A stretch of DNA of 62,859 nt from a virus (taxonomy: Duplodnaviria; Caudoviricetes). The stretch spans positions 1-62,859 of the IMG/VR virus record IMGVR_UViG_3300012665_000949. One strand, written 5' to 3'. This document shows, one piece after another, positions 45,113 through 54,746 of this stretch (position 1 is the first letter of the stretch; the number at the start of each line of letters is the position of its first letter). Both the position numbers and the translations under genes were made by a program. The notes under the pieces were generated by a model. It ran no database searches, was not told the origin of the DNA, and saw only the letters and a list, made by a program, of their open reading frames with translations.

Positions 45113-45628
45113 TTAACTCAGGAACAACGCAATCTCTGCTTCCCGACGCTTGACCAGCCCGGGGAGAACCTTGCCACCACCCTTGGTCCAAGCCCTAAAA
45201 GCCTCGGCTGCACCGTCCCAGTCGCTTCGGTTGGCCCTCATGCGGATGGTGCTGCGTTGGAGGTTGCCCAGTCCGAAGTTGAAACTTATAGAGACCAGAG
45301 CGTCAAAGCTGCCTTGACGCCCAACCACACCGGGCACAAGACGAAGAACACCCCGTTCAAAAGTTCCGACATCAACTCGGAATAGTTCGTCGATTTCCGT
45401 TTTGGTCCAGACACGGTTGTCCTCCGGCTTCAGTGGATATTCTTTGCGGATCATGGGAATGTCAGCCTGCGTCTTGCCTTCGGGGCGCATCACAGGTAGC
45501 CTGATCTGGTCTTGGTACAGGACATGGCCGTAGCCAATCGTCCAGATGTGCGCAGGGCAGAGGTAGGGCCGGGAGCGAAAGCCCTCGTACCGGTGCATCA
45601 GGTCTTCGCCTGCCTTGCTCAGTTTCAC
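45113..45628 (-). CDS. Endolysin, GH24 lysozyme
   Basis: YEG...PY.CPA..WTIGYGH, FDALVS..FN.G.GN, LPGLVKRREAE. Confidence 0.9.
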   Translation of the reverse strand: MKLSKAGEDLMHRYEGFRSRPYLCPAHIWTIGYGHVLYQDQIRLPVMRPEGKTQADIPMIRKEYPLKPEDNRVWTKTEIDELFRVDVGTFERGVLRLVPGVVGRQGSFDALVSISFNFGLGNLQRSTIRMRANRSDWDGAAEAFRAWTKGGGKVLPGLVKRREAEIALFLS

Positions 45629-46131
45629 TTCTTGCTCCACTGACGAGAACCGAACCAAAACCCAATGATGCCGCCCAGCATCGCCATCTCGTCAGCGCTG
45701 AAGATTAGGTCCGAATAGCGGATGATGTCGTCAATGCCGGTAATCAAACCCGGTTGCTGGTACAGGTACCAAGCCATAAAGGCGTTGATCGCTACCAGCT
45801 CCAACACGAAGATATAAGTCACCGTTGGGCGCACAGTGCCCACATAGCTGGCAACCCACTTGCTGGCTTTCTCAAGCACCTTGGCGTCATGCTCAAGAGC
45901 CGCCTCGGTCATCCGGGCATCGGTCTCCATTGCCACTTGGTCAGTGCGGACCTCTTCGATCTTCAGTTGGGCAGCAAAGCCCTGCGCGGCCATGGCAAGC
46001 TCACGCTCGTTTTGGAGCGCAGCCAGCCGGAGTTCATGGGCCTGATCCGCTTTGTTTTGGAAGTAGTCCAACAGTTTGGGAAGGCCGGAGATCAGCAGAC
46101 CCCCGAGAGTTGAGAACAGTGAAAGCATCAA
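45625..46131 (-). CDS. Holin-like membrane protein (3TM type)
   Basis: Hydrophobic N-terminus, VRPTVTY transmembrane segment, IIGFWFGSR; overlaps the lysozyme start. Confidence 0.65.
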   Translation of the reverse strand: MMLSLFSTLGGLLISGLPKLLDYFQNKADQAHELRLAALQNERELAMAAQGFAAQLKIEEVRTDQVAMETDARMTEAALEHDAKVLEKASKWVASYVGTVRPTVTYIFVLELVAINAFMAWYLYQQPGLITGIDDIIRYSDLIFSADEMAMLGGIIGFWFGSRQWSKK

Positions 46132-46736
46132 TTACCCCTTTTAGTCAACATTGCGCTGGCGATTTCCAGCATGAATTTTACTTGCTGAATGTCTTGCGGT
46201 GGCTCTGCCCAACCCACCGTAATTTGACCCACAAACCTATGGCTGTCTGGCGGAACACTCACCCGGCAAGTGTAGGTTACACCTTTGTCCAGATACCACA
46301 ACCCCACCTCGGACTGCGCGTAGCGATACTCTGAGCATGGAATCTCGTTGGTCATTAGCTTGATCACGTCGGCGTTGTTGGCCGAGTTCTGGCTGAAAAG
46401 CCCAACGTCAATGTCCTCAATGCTCTTGTCACGCCCGTCCTTGGTGTACGCCTTGTACAGCACCCTGCTGCCAAAGAGTGGGTTGACCTTGAAGATCGCC
46501 ACCACGTTGGCCCCGGTCTTCTTGAACAGCATGGCACTTGCATCATCTGCCCGGGAGGTGTTGATCTCCGGTAGTTTCTTGGATTCTTTGTAAGCGTCAA
46601 ACATGAACTCTTGGTTCTGCCACAGGAAGTACCCCGAGAACGCCACAACGCCCATGACTAGGATGGCGAACAGCTTGAACGGCGAGTCCACATACCCAAG
46701 CACTTTGTCAACAATGGTTTCGGATTTCTCGCTCAT
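46128..46736 (-). CDS. T4 holin T-like membrane protein with GAF-like soluble domain
   Basis: One N-terminal TM segment followed by TGANVVAIFKVNP...YTCRVSVPP...FVGQITVGW; lies in the lysis cassette. Confidence 0.5.
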   Translation of the reverse strand: MSEKSETIVDKVLGYVDSPFKLFAILVMGVVAFSGYFLWQNQEFMFDAYKESKKLPEINTSRADDASAMLFKKTGANVVAIFKVNPLFGSRVLYKAYTKDGRDKSIEDIDVGLFSQNSANNADVIKLMTNEIPCSEYRYAQSEVGLWYLDKGVTYTCRVSVPPDSHRFVGQITVGWAEPPQDIQQVKFMLEIASAMLTKRGN

Positions 46737-47176
46737 CTCAAGTGCAGCATGTACAAAATGATGCCGTAAACAATTAACACAAAGAGGATCAGTGTGGCTA
46801 CGCCAACCACCAGCATTTCTACAAGCTGCTCCATCTTGGCTTTGCGTAACTTCTCAGCCTTAGCAGCGGCTTCCTTTGCCTCCCTACGCCTACGAGCGGA
46901 AATAGCTTGGAACTTCTGCCAGTCTTGCCACATCCCCGGACGGCCAGCGTAGATCATCCTCTCGCGCAGTTCGACCTCTTGGGCGTTGAGCTTCTCCAGC
47001 GCCATAAACACCTGCATGTCGGAGCCACCCGTTTTGTTGGCTTCCTCTTGAATTGCGGCCTTGTTATCAAAATAATCGAAGACCCGAGAACCAAGGTCAG
47101 ACAGCTCCTTGCCGTTTGCCAGCGCACCCTTCAAAACTGCAAAGGCCGCATTGGCGGCAGCGATCTCGGCAAGCAT
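46733..47176 (-). CDS. Coiled-coil protein with C-terminal TM segment
   Basis: 147 aa; hydrophobic C-terminus. Confidence 0.7.
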   Translation of the reverse strand: MLAEIAAANAAFAVLKGALANGKELSDLGSRVFDYFDNKAAIQEEANKTGGSDMQVFMALEKLNAQEVELRERMIYAGRPGMWQDWQKFQAISARRRREAKEAAAKAEKLRKAKMEQLVEMLVVGVATLILFVLIVYGIILYMLHLR

Positions 47177-47275
47177 TTACAGCCCCCATACAAATGGCAC
47201 AATTATGCTTGTAGACCAAACAACAAACCCAAACAGAAGGGCCGCTGCAATGAATGCGACGGCCCAGTCTTTCAT
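47177..47275 (-). CDS. Single-TM peptide (32 aa)
   Basis: MKDWAVAFIAAALLFGFVVWSTSIIVPFVWGL; fills the gap, ATGA overlap. Confidence 0.6.
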   Translation of the reverse strand: MKDWAVAFIAAALLFGFVVWSTSIIVPFVWGL

Positions 47276-47859
47276 GGCCCGGTGGTCGTTGTGGTTGTGG
47301 TATTCGTATTCGTCACCACGGTTGGAACAGCAGTATTGTCAGTGATACTGCCACCAGCAAGGCGACCACTGTTGCCAGAGTTGCTTCCACTGTTTGCTCC
47401 TATGCTGTAAGACCCAGAGCCGATCACACCGTTACCTCCAATCGTGGTGACGTTAGCTGCTGGCGCTTGAATCTTGCCAGCGATCCCAACGAAGGCATTG
47501 TTGGTGCTGACGGCCACCGCCGTAGCGTTGTCAGATTGACGCATACCCAAAGTTGTTTGTTTGTTGATCGTGTAAATCTGACCAACAGTAGGCAATAGCA
47601 AGCCTGTCCACTGCATCGCGTAATCAGCCCAATTCTTTGGCGCATTGATCTGCGTGTTCTGCTGGCCGCCGCCCATCTGCAGGGACATCACCGCAGCGAC
47701 TTTTGCTGTGGTGTCACCTTGCTTGGCAATCTCAGCAAGTGCTTGATACCGTGCTGTCTGGGCCGCAGCTTGGGCTTTGTGTGCGTCAGCGTAGGCTTGG
47801 TACTCAGCGGTGGCGCAGCCTGTCAAGGACAGGGCGCAGAGGATGGCAATCAAACGCAT
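47272..47859 (-). CDS. Lipoprotein
   Basis: Signal peptide with lipobox LTGC. Confidence 0.75.
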   Translation of the reverse strand: MRLIAILCALSLTGCATAEYQAYADAHKAQAAAQTARYQALAEIAKQGDTTAKVAAVMSLQMGGGQQNTQINAPKNWADYAMQWTGLLLPTVGQIYTINKQTTLGMRQSDNATAVAVSTNNAFVGIAGKIQAPAANVTTIGGNGVIGSGSYSIGANSGSNSGNSGRLAGGSITDNTAVPTVVTNTNTTTTTTTGP

Positions 47860-47868
47860 GATGACTCC

Positions 47869-48333
47869 TTACGGGGTTTCGTTGGGGGCTGCGGGCGTGG
47901 TCAGGAGGGTGCTGGCCTCGGCTGTCGTCAGACGGAAAACTTCAGGAAACAGGGCGTTGGTCGTCATGTTCACGTAGTTGATTGTCTCTTGCGCCTGAAG
48001 GTTTACATCGGACACCACACCCAGACGGTTATTACCTGTGATGATGATTGAGCGCAGATCGTAAATCGCGGAGCCAGTCACCCCTAGCGACTCAGCGTAG
48101 GCCGTGTCGGTCAGGAATAGCGTCATCAGGTCGTACTTTGTAGACACGCCGTTGGCCGTCATAGGGAAACGATTCTGAAATGCGTTGCGCGTGATGACCC
48201 ATGTTTCCACAGGAACAGGCACTGGCTCCGGCACTTCTCGGTAGTTGCCAGCAGGGTACTGAGCCTGCATGAATTCAGGGTCAGCCACAATAGTGTTGAT
48301 GACGGTTTCGCCGTTGAGAATTTCGTAGATCAT
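47869..48333 (-). CDS. Tail fibre-associated protein (possible chaperone)
   Basis: Follows the Gly-rich fibre; VINTIVAD N-terminus. Confidence 0.55.
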   Translation of the reverse strand: MIYEILNGETVINTIVADPEFMQAQYPAGNYREVPEPVPVPVETWVITRNAFQNRFPMTANGVSTKYDLMTLFLTDTAYAESLGVTGSAIYDLRSIIITGNNRLGVVSDVNLQAQETINYVNMTTNALFPEVFRLTTAEASTLLTTPAAPNETP

Positions 48334-48344
48334 GTTTTGCCCCT

Positions 48345-49241
48345 TTAGGCGAGGAAGTATTCAATGATGACGCCGCCTACACCGCCAGCGGTACCAGAAG
48401 AAGCGTCGCCACCACCGCCGCCCCCGCCAAAAGCGCCACCGGCTCCACCACCAAAGGAAGTCCCGCCGCCACCACCTGCAAAAAACCCGCCGCTACCACC
48501 TCCGGCAGCGGCGCCCTGCCCGCCACCGCCACCGCCTGCTCCGCCTAACGCAACTCCGGAAGCGCCACCCTCAAACCCGCCTTGTCCAACAGGGCAAAGC
48601 AGCCGTCCAGAAAAAGCCGACATGTTTGCTATAGTAGAAACACTCCCGTCACTAGCTACAGGTGCTACCAAGCCAACGCCCGGCAAAGTTGCAGAAGCGG
48701 GACCAAGGGCACCACCACCACGGGTACCATTGGACGCGCCACCAACACCAGCGCCGCCAGTTGCTGCGGATGAGTACCCGACACCATAAACACCGACAGC
48801 TCCACCACCCGAGTAATTTGAGTTATTGGCACTGCCGCCTGTGACGTTTAGCAAGGTTCCGCCAGATGCAGTGCCGCCTGCCGAAGCCCCTGTTGTCGTC
48901 CCGCCCGCACCGCCGTTGGCCGTGAGTGTTGTCAAACCAGACCCAGTAACCGTTGTCGTCCCTCCTGCGTTTCCGTTTGCATTACTACCAACAGCCGTTG
49001 CACCAGCCCCTACGGTAAGCGTTAACACCGTTCCCGCAGGTAACGTCACCAAAGACTGCGCAAGCCCGCCAGCACCACCGCCTCTGCGGAGGCTACTAGT
49101 ACCACCACCCCCACCGCCGCCAATCGCGGTGATCAGGTAGTTGCCTGCAACTGGTGTGGTAAACGTGCCCGAGGCTGTTCGGACTTGCTGCGTGTAAACA
49201 CCACCACCACCACTGCTAAAAAACTGAGTTAAATTGCTCAT
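48345..49241 (-). CDS. Glycine-rich tail fibre/adhesin
   Basis: SGTFT.P...IGGGGGGG...GGAGG...GGVIIEY Gly-rich domain. Confidence 0.7.
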   Translation of the reverse strand: MSNLTQFFSSGGGGVYTQQVRTASGTFTTPVAGNYLITAIGGGGGGGTSSLRRGGGAGGLAQSLVTLPAGTVLTLTVGAGATAVGSNANGNAGGTTTVTGSGLTTLTANGGAGGTTTGASAGGTASGGTLLNVTGGSANNSNYSGGGAVGVYGVGYSSAATGGAGVGGASNGTRGGGALGPASATLPGVGLVAPVASDGSVSTIANMSAFSGRLLCPVGQGGFEGGASGVALGGAGGGGGGQGAAAGGGSGGFFAGGGGGTSFGGGAGGAFGGGGGGGDASSGTAGGVGGVIIEYFLA

Positions 49242-49257
49242 TGAAAGTTCTCCTTAT

Positions 49258-50376
49258 TCAACCAAAAACCCAGCCGCGAGTTGCGTCTGCGTAAACCAAC
49301 GTCACCGACACGAAGTTGGCGTCCAACGTCATGTTCTCAGCCAAAGACATAATGTTACTGCTGTTGCGGCCAATTACGGCTGTCAATGTGCCTGAGCTGT
49401 TTTGCACCGTAACCCAGTTGCCCGCTGCTGGGGATGCAGGCAAGTCCAAGGTTAGTGAAGCCGTGAGCACGTATGTGCGCGAGGCCACCGCCGTGGTGTT
49501 GGTGCCGATCACCTGCACATTCTGTGTGATGATCGGTTGAGGCAGTGGCAGTCCTGTCAGCGTGGTTTGTCCTGTGCCGCCGTTGGCCGCAGCTAACGTG
49601 CCCGCAAAAGTGATGGTGCCCGACGATGTGATAGGGCCCCCGGAAGTGGTCAGGCCCGTAGTGCCGCCAGACACCGCAACCGAAGTCACCGTACCCGTCC
49701 CGGGCGAAGCAGGGGACGCCCATGTTGGTACCCCGCCCGCCACTGTAACTACTTGCCCAGCCGAACCAATACCTAACTTTGAGAGTGTTGTAGTGGTGTT
49801 GGCATACAGCAGGTCCCCGACTGTAAAGGATGTTGCGCCTGTGCCTCCGTTAACGGCGGGGAGTGTGCCCGTGACGTTGGTTGCCAGATTGACAAAGGTG
49901 GTGGAGGACGATCCTGTACCGCCCGAAGCAATTGGCAAGGGGGTCAACAAAGTCAACGAGGACAGGTAGCTGATCTGCTCACCCACATCCGTGCCGTTGT
50001 TGTACACCACGGTGCGCTTGCCCGGGGGAACGGCCACACCGGTCAAGCCAGAGACTTTCACCGTCACCGCGAAGCTGGCGTTGTTGATGACAATGTAAGG
50101 TTTTTGAATGGCTGGGACGTTAATCGTGCCAGCAGCAGACACAGCACCAGCGGCGATGTTCAAGCACAGCGCCCGGGCATCCTGAGCAGCGTTGGTGTTG
50201 GTCAAAGTCAGCGTGGCCACGTTGGCCGTAAAGTCCCCGGAGTCCAGCGTTGCCATACCCACAATGGCTTGCTCGATGGCCGTGCCAATGTTGGCGTTGG
50301 TTGTTGTGCCCCAAGTACCCGACTGTTCACCGTTGCCGATGATTTCAAACTTAAGGCTGGAATAGGTGCTTGACAT
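49258..50376 (-). CDS. Tail fibre protein with C-terminal adaptor domain
   Basis: GEQSGTWGTTTN N-terminus, L...GGTG fibre repeats, LPASP..G adaptor. Confidence 0.75.
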   Translation of the reverse strand: MSSTYSSLKFEIIGNGEQSGTWGTTTNANIGTAIEQAIVGMATLDSGDFTANVATLTLTNTNAAQDARALCLNIAAGAVSAAGTINVPAIQKPYIVINNASFAVTVKVSGLTGVAVPPGKRTVVYNNGTDVGEQISYLSSLTLLTPLPIASGGTGSSSTTFVNLATNVTGTLPAVNGGTGATSFTVGDLLYANTTTTLSKLGIGSAGQVVTVAGGVPTWASPASPGTGTVTSVAVSGGTTGLTTSGGPITSSGTITFAGTLAAANGGTGQTTLTGLPLPQPIITQNVQVIGTNTTAVASRTYVLTASLTLDLPASPAAGNWVTVQNSSGTLTAVIGRNSSNIMSLAENMTLDANFVSVTLVYADATRGWVFG

Positions 50377-50395
50377 ATTTTTCCTTTATGTGGCT

Positions 50396-50764
50396 TTACG
50401 GAGCAAGCACCCAACCACGAGTTGCGTCTGCAAAAGTTAATGAAAAACCCGCATTCAAACTGTCAACAGTCATGTTTTCAGCAAGACCCATGATGTTTTG
50501 TCCGTTACGGCCAATCACAGGTGTCAAGGTGCCACTGCGGTTGCTAAAGGCCACCGAGTCACCCGCCGTTGGAGATGCTGGCAAGTCCAAGGTCAACGAG
50601 GCTGTAAGCACATAGGTGCGCGAACGCACTGCCGTGGTGTTGGTGCCGATCACCTGCACGTTCTGCGTGATGACAGGGCTGGTCAGTGTTTTATTTGTGA
50701 CCGTGTTTGTGCTTGTCGCAGTCAGGACGTTGGTTGGGGTAATGATGTTGGATAGCGTTGCCAT
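50396..50764 (-). CDS. Short fibre adaptor protein (paralog of the 49258 C-terminus)
   Basis: MATLSNII start after GGAG; shares ITQNVQVIGTNTTAV...ADATRGWV. Confidence 0.7.
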   Translation of the reverse strand: MATLSNIITPTNVLTATSTNTVTNKTLTSPVITQNVQVIGTNTTAVRSRTYVLTASLTLDLPASPTAGDSVAFSNRSGTLTPVIGRNGQNIMGLAENMTVDSLNAGFSLTFADATRGWVLAP

Positions 50765-50786
50765 GCTTGCTCCAGTTGTGGATGTA

Positions 50787-51251
50787 TTATGCCATTTGCA
50801 CAGTTGGAGGGGTAGGCCACGCAACCGAGTTGGGGAACTCAGTTTGGTTTGGAACATCCCGCAGGGCTTGGCGGTAAGCAGCCCATGCAGCCTTATCTAC
50901 AGGGGCGTCAGCCACTTGCGTCCAGTCGGATTCAGAAAGCTTGGCGTTGCGCTCGTCACGAACCTGCGCAGCTTGAGCATCATTGCGGCTTGCCACCTCC
51001 TCAGAAGTCATGTCGCGCACAGACCACGCCTGAGTCCAGCGGCCATCAACGAGAACTGGTGTGTTTTCTTCCAACACTTGCGTGCTGGTGATTGCAGGCG
51101 TTGTTGAGGAGAATACACGCTGCACCCCATAAGAGGCCAGCAGATCATCGTTGGCTTGGGCCGGGAAACTGGTCAATGGGTTGGCAGCCTTGAGTTGCCA
51201 AAAGCCATAAGGGTACTGCTCAACAGCCCCGTTTTTGATGAGTGCGTGCAT
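50787..51251 (-). CDS. Tail fibre assembly chaperone
   Basis: VRDERNAKLSESDWTQVADAP...WAAYRQALRDVP.Q..FP..V.WP..P. Confidence 0.85.
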   Translation of the reverse strand: MHALIKNGAVEQYPYGFWQLKAANPLTSFPAQANDDLLASYGVQRVFSSTTPAITSTQVLEENTPVLVDGRWTQAWSVRDMTSEEVASRNDAQAAQVRDERNAKLSESDWTQVADAPVDKAAWAAYRQALRDVPNQTEFPNSVAWPTPPTVQMA

Positions 51252-51254
51252 GGT

Positions 51255-51494
51255 TTATCCCAATTGGCGTTTGATGACGGACAACATGATCTGAGACTTT
51301 TTCTGCTCCAGCCTTTCAGAAACCAACAGCGCCCGGAGTTGCTCAGCAAAAGACAGCAGATCAGCACGTTCTTCTGGCGGCAAGTTGTCAATTTCTTCCA
51401 GAGCAAGGACGTAGTTGTCAATGTTAATTTGGTAGTGCATGACCTCTTGGATTCGTGCATCCAAAGACGTTGCCAAGATTTCTTCTTTGTTCAT
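51255..51494 (-). CDS. Small helical protein
   Basis: 79-aa ORF between the propeller and chaperone genes. Confidence 0.65.
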   Translation of the reverse strand: MNKEEILATSLDARIQEVMHYQINIDNYVLALEEIDNLPPEERADLLSFAEQLRALLVSERLEQKKSQIMLSVIKRQLG

Positions 51495-51497
51495 GAT

Positions 51498-52526
51498 TTA
51501 ATCAAAAGTTACACCAAAACCAGCGCTGGCTGGAAGGCTGGCTGGATTGGTATATTTAGTACCAAACCCTGAACCCGACCAAGGATAAGCGGTAACAAAA
51601 GGGCTGTTACTGTGCGCCACTGCAATATTTGCTCCGTCAGAAGTAAATGCCACGCCTCGGCCCGTGCTTGCTGGAAGAGTGGCTGGGTTGGCGTACTTTG
51701 TGCCAAAGCCCGAACCAGACCAAGGGTATGCAGTGACAAAAGGGCTTGACTGGTGGGCTGTTGCAAGACTTGTCCCGCTAGGACTAAAAGCCAAACCAAG
51801 AACGCCGGCGGTTGGCAAGGTGGCGGGGTCAGCGTACTTTGACCCAAACCCCGAGCCCGACCAAGCGTAGGCTGTGATAAACGGGCTTGTTGCATTAAGA
51901 CCTACGGCAATACTTGCTCCATCAGGGTTAAAAGCCACAGATTCGCAACCACCCGCCGGAAGCGAGGCCGGATTGGCATACTTTGTTCCAAACCCTGAAC
52001 CAGACCACGGGTAGACAGTAACAAAAGGACTTGCAGTGTGAGTTACCGCAATGCTTGCTCCATCGGGACTAAACCCCACGCCAAAACCGTTTCCGACTGG
52101 AAGCGTTGCGGGGTTGGCATACTTTGTTCCGAAGCCAGAACCCGACCAAGGGTAAGCCGAAATGAATGGGGTTGTATTGTGGCCCACAACAATATTTGCG
52201 CCATCTGGACTAAACGCCACTCCTCGTCCGGTGCCGGTTGGCAAAGTGGCTGGATTAGAGTATTTCGTGCCAAAACCAGATATTGACCAAGGGTAAGCGG
52301 TAATAAATGGAGTTGTACCATGGGTCACTGCAATACTTGTTGCGTCAGGATTAAACGCCACAGTAAAACCAGCGCCGGTTGGCAAGGTCGCAGGGTTGCT
52401 GAATGCTGTTCCAAAACCAGAGGCACTCCACGCATATGCCGCAACATATGGCGTACCTGATTGCGCCAAAGCCAGTACGGTGGATTGGGAGCCTGTAACG
52501 CTGGAGGTATTTGAACTAAACATCAA
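51498..52526 (-). CDS. Highly repetitive beta-propeller protein (candidate receptor-binding protein)
   Basis: About 7 near-identical ~44-aa repeats AYPWSGSGFGTKYANPATLP...VAFSPDG. Confidence 0.75.
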   Translation of the reverse strand: MMFSSNTSSVTGSQSTVLALAQSGTPYVAAYAWSASGFGTAFSNPATLPTGAGFTVAFNPDATSIAVTHGTTPFITAYPWSISGFGTKYSNPATLPTGTGRGVAFSPDGANIVVGHNTTPFISAYPWSGSGFGTKYANPATLPVGNGFGVGFSPDGASIAVTHTASPFVTVYPWSGSGFGTKYANPASLPAGGCESVAFNPDGASIAVGLNATSPFITAYAWSGSGFGSKYADPATLPTAGVLGLAFSPSGTSLATAHQSSPFVTAYPWSGSGFGTKYANPATLPASTGRGVAFTSDGANIAVAHSNSPFVTAYPWSGSGFGTKYTNPASLPASAGFGVTFD

Positions 52527-52532
52527 TACCCC

Positions 52533-54737
52533 TTAGACGGTGTAGTTCTGACCAGCTACGCTTCCAAGCCAGTTCGACCCGTCAATTGCCGTGAAGACAA
52601 ACTTATCAGCTTTGGATGCCGTGGCCGTCAATGTGGGCGCTGTTGCCCCCGGCCAGTCAACACTTGCGGGCCATGTCACTGTGCGTGAGCCTGTTGCATC
52701 TTGCTTCTGAATCAACATAAAGCTCTTGCCAGCCACTGGAGTTGGGAAGGTGTAAACGCAGTTGCCTGTCAGGGTCAGGTATTGCACAGAGCCGTTAGCA
52801 AGATCAATTGTGTAGGCCGTGCTGGTGTTGGCAACTACAGTTTCTTCTGTGTAACCGTTGGTAAACGTGCCAGCTTCAATGGTTTTGTTTGTCAGTGTCT
52901 GCGCTGCAGTGGTTCCAACAACGCCAGTTAGCGTGTTGTCGGCGTAGGCAATCGTCTTGTTGGTCAGGGTCTGTATGCCCGCCAGATTTACCGCAGTGCC
53001 TCCGTTGCCACCAATCTGCGTGTAAATTTCCCATGTGGTTCCGTCATACACAAACTGAACGCTTGCGCCTGAAATGTCGCATATGAGGTTTTCAGCTAAG
53101 CCGCTGATGGTTGAGCCGTTGCGCCCCACGGTAAGGTTGTTTGTACCCCAAGCACCGCCAGCATCAGCCACAACAACTTGAGCGCCTGTGGATGGCGAGG
53201 GTGGAAGCGTGACCGTAAAAGAACCAGCGGATGTGTCAGCAAGTACGCCCTCCCGGCTGGCGGCTGTGTAGTTGGTTGTGACTGCAACATAAGAGATGCC
53301 CGCCGTACTTGCGGCCCAAGCAATAGCCGAGCCATTCCATGTAACGGTCTGACCAGATGCTGTTGGCGCTGCTACAAACCCTGTAGCCCCTGCTCCTGTC
53401 TGGAAAAGAATCTGGTTGGCCGCACCACCCGCAAGGTTGGTTGCTGTGGTTGCGCTTGTGGCTGCACCTGACAAGGTGGCTGTAATAGTTCCTGCACTGA
53501 AATTACCAGAAGCATCGCGTGCCACGACTTTGCTTGCTGTGTTGGCCGATGTAGCGTCAACTGCAAACGTGCGTGCTGCCGAGCCATCAAACGTGCCCCC
53601 AGAGGTCAGGAATGTGCCCGCTGTCAGGGCGTTGGCTACTGAGCCAGCCGAGCCTGAGATGTTGCCTGATACCGCTGCGCCCGAGATGGCGATGGCCGTG
53701 GGGGTGACGCCTGTAACTTGGCCCTGTGCATTCGTGGTGATCACCGGAACGGAGGATGCCGAACCGTATGTGCCCGCAGTGCCAATGTTTGCGATGTTAA
53801 AAGTGTAGGTTGGCGATTCGCTCAGACCCGTGCCCGCCGTGTAGGTGATCGGTGCAGAGAACTGCTGGAAAACAAGCGCTGTCGTGCCAATCGTGATTGG
53901 GGGAGGAGTCTGCTGCACCCAAGCGGTGTTGATGTTGGCCGTGCCACCTGTCACCAAGAAAAAGTCACCCTCGTCAATTTCATTGACACCTGTACCCACA
54001 GAGTCAAAGTCTGTTGCCCGAGTCAAGATGTAGGGTGTTCCGGCAGAGCCAACCTGCGTAACGGTGTACACGCCGTTACGTGAACCGTTTGCTTCGTTCT
54101 TGATCAGAACCCGTTCTGTAACCGTAGTAAGGGTCGAGTCTATGGATAGAGCGCCATTAGCGTTTCCTGTAAGCGTTGCCCCAACCCCCGATGTGCCGTT
54201 GTTGTAGGTGTTTGCTGGCAGGGCCGCCGTGGTGGCTAGGTTAACTGCCTCGTGGAAGTGGATACCCGATGCAATGGCATCAGCGTACTGCTTGTTGACG
54301 ATGTCGGTGTTGTTGACGGGGGCAGTGGCTACTGTGCCCGCCGTGATGTTGGCTGTGCTGATGTTGGCCGTGCTGACGCCAAGAGTCCCAATGTCCAGTG
54401 TGGTGACGGCGGAGCCCGCAGCGTCTAGATACACCGCACGCGAAGACGGGTAGGTGACAAACACATCCTTTGTGCCAGCGCCAAAGTTTACCAACGATCC
54501 TGCGTTGCTGGACGACACCACGGTGGTTCGGGACAGGGTTGTTCCAGAGGCCGTGTATGTGCCGACACCAACTTCCCAAGCGCCAGATGTTGAATCCACA
54601 ATAGCGTAGAAGGTCTGGTTGCCGTTACCAACAACAACAAAAGACTGGAACCCTGCGGCTGCGCCAGCCAACGTGACTGTGCCAGTGCCCGTTGTTGTGG
54701 TCGTTTCTTTGACGCGATCTTTGAGTACCAATGCCAT
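52533..54737 (-). CDS. Long tail fibre protein
   Basis: MALVLKDRVKETTTTTGTG N-terminus, RVLIKNE...NGVY module, QTLTNKT repeats, adaptor domain, QDATGSRTVTWP C-terminus. Confidence 0.8.
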   Translation of the reverse strand: MALVLKDRVKETTTTTGTGTVTLAGAAAGFQSFVVVGNGNQTFYAIVDSTSGAWEVGVGTYTASGTTLSRTTVVSSSNAGSLVNFGAGTKDVFVTYPSSRAVYLDAAGSAVTTLDIGTLGVSTANISTANITAGTVATAPVNNTDIVNKQYADAIASGIHFHEAVNLATTAALPANTYNNGTSGVGATLTGNANGALSIDSTLTTVTERVLIKNEANGSRNGVYTVTQVGSAGTPYILTRATDFDSVGTGVNEIDEGDFFLVTGGTANINTAWVQQTPPPITIGTTALVFQQFSAPITYTAGTGLSESPTYTFNIANIGTAGTYGSASSVPVITTNAQGQVTGVTPTAIAISGAAVSGNISGSAGSVANALTAGTFLTSGGTFDGSAARTFAVDATSANTASKVVARDASGNFSAGTITATLSGAATSATTATNLAGGAANQILFQTGAGATGFVAAPTASGQTVTWNGSAIAWAASTAGISYVAVTTNYTAASREGVLADTSAGSFTVTLPPSPSTGAQVVVADAGGAWGTNNLTVGRNGSTISGLAENLICDISGASVQFVYDGTTWEIYTQIGGNGGTAVNLAGIQTLTNKTIAYADNTLTGVVGTTAAQTLTNKTIEAGTFTNGYTEETVVANTSTAYTIDLANGSVQYLTLTGNCVYTFPTPVAGKSFMLIQKQDATGSRTVTWPASVDWPGATAPTLTATASKADKFVFTAIDGSNWLGSVAGQNYTV

Positions 54738-54746
54738 TTTGAATCC

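Noticed and set aside
49258-50700. Duplicated fibre C-terminal segment as a DGR template/variable repeat pair
   Set aside because: Both copies are coding, the differences are largely synonymous rather than adenine-specific, and no reverse transcriptase was found
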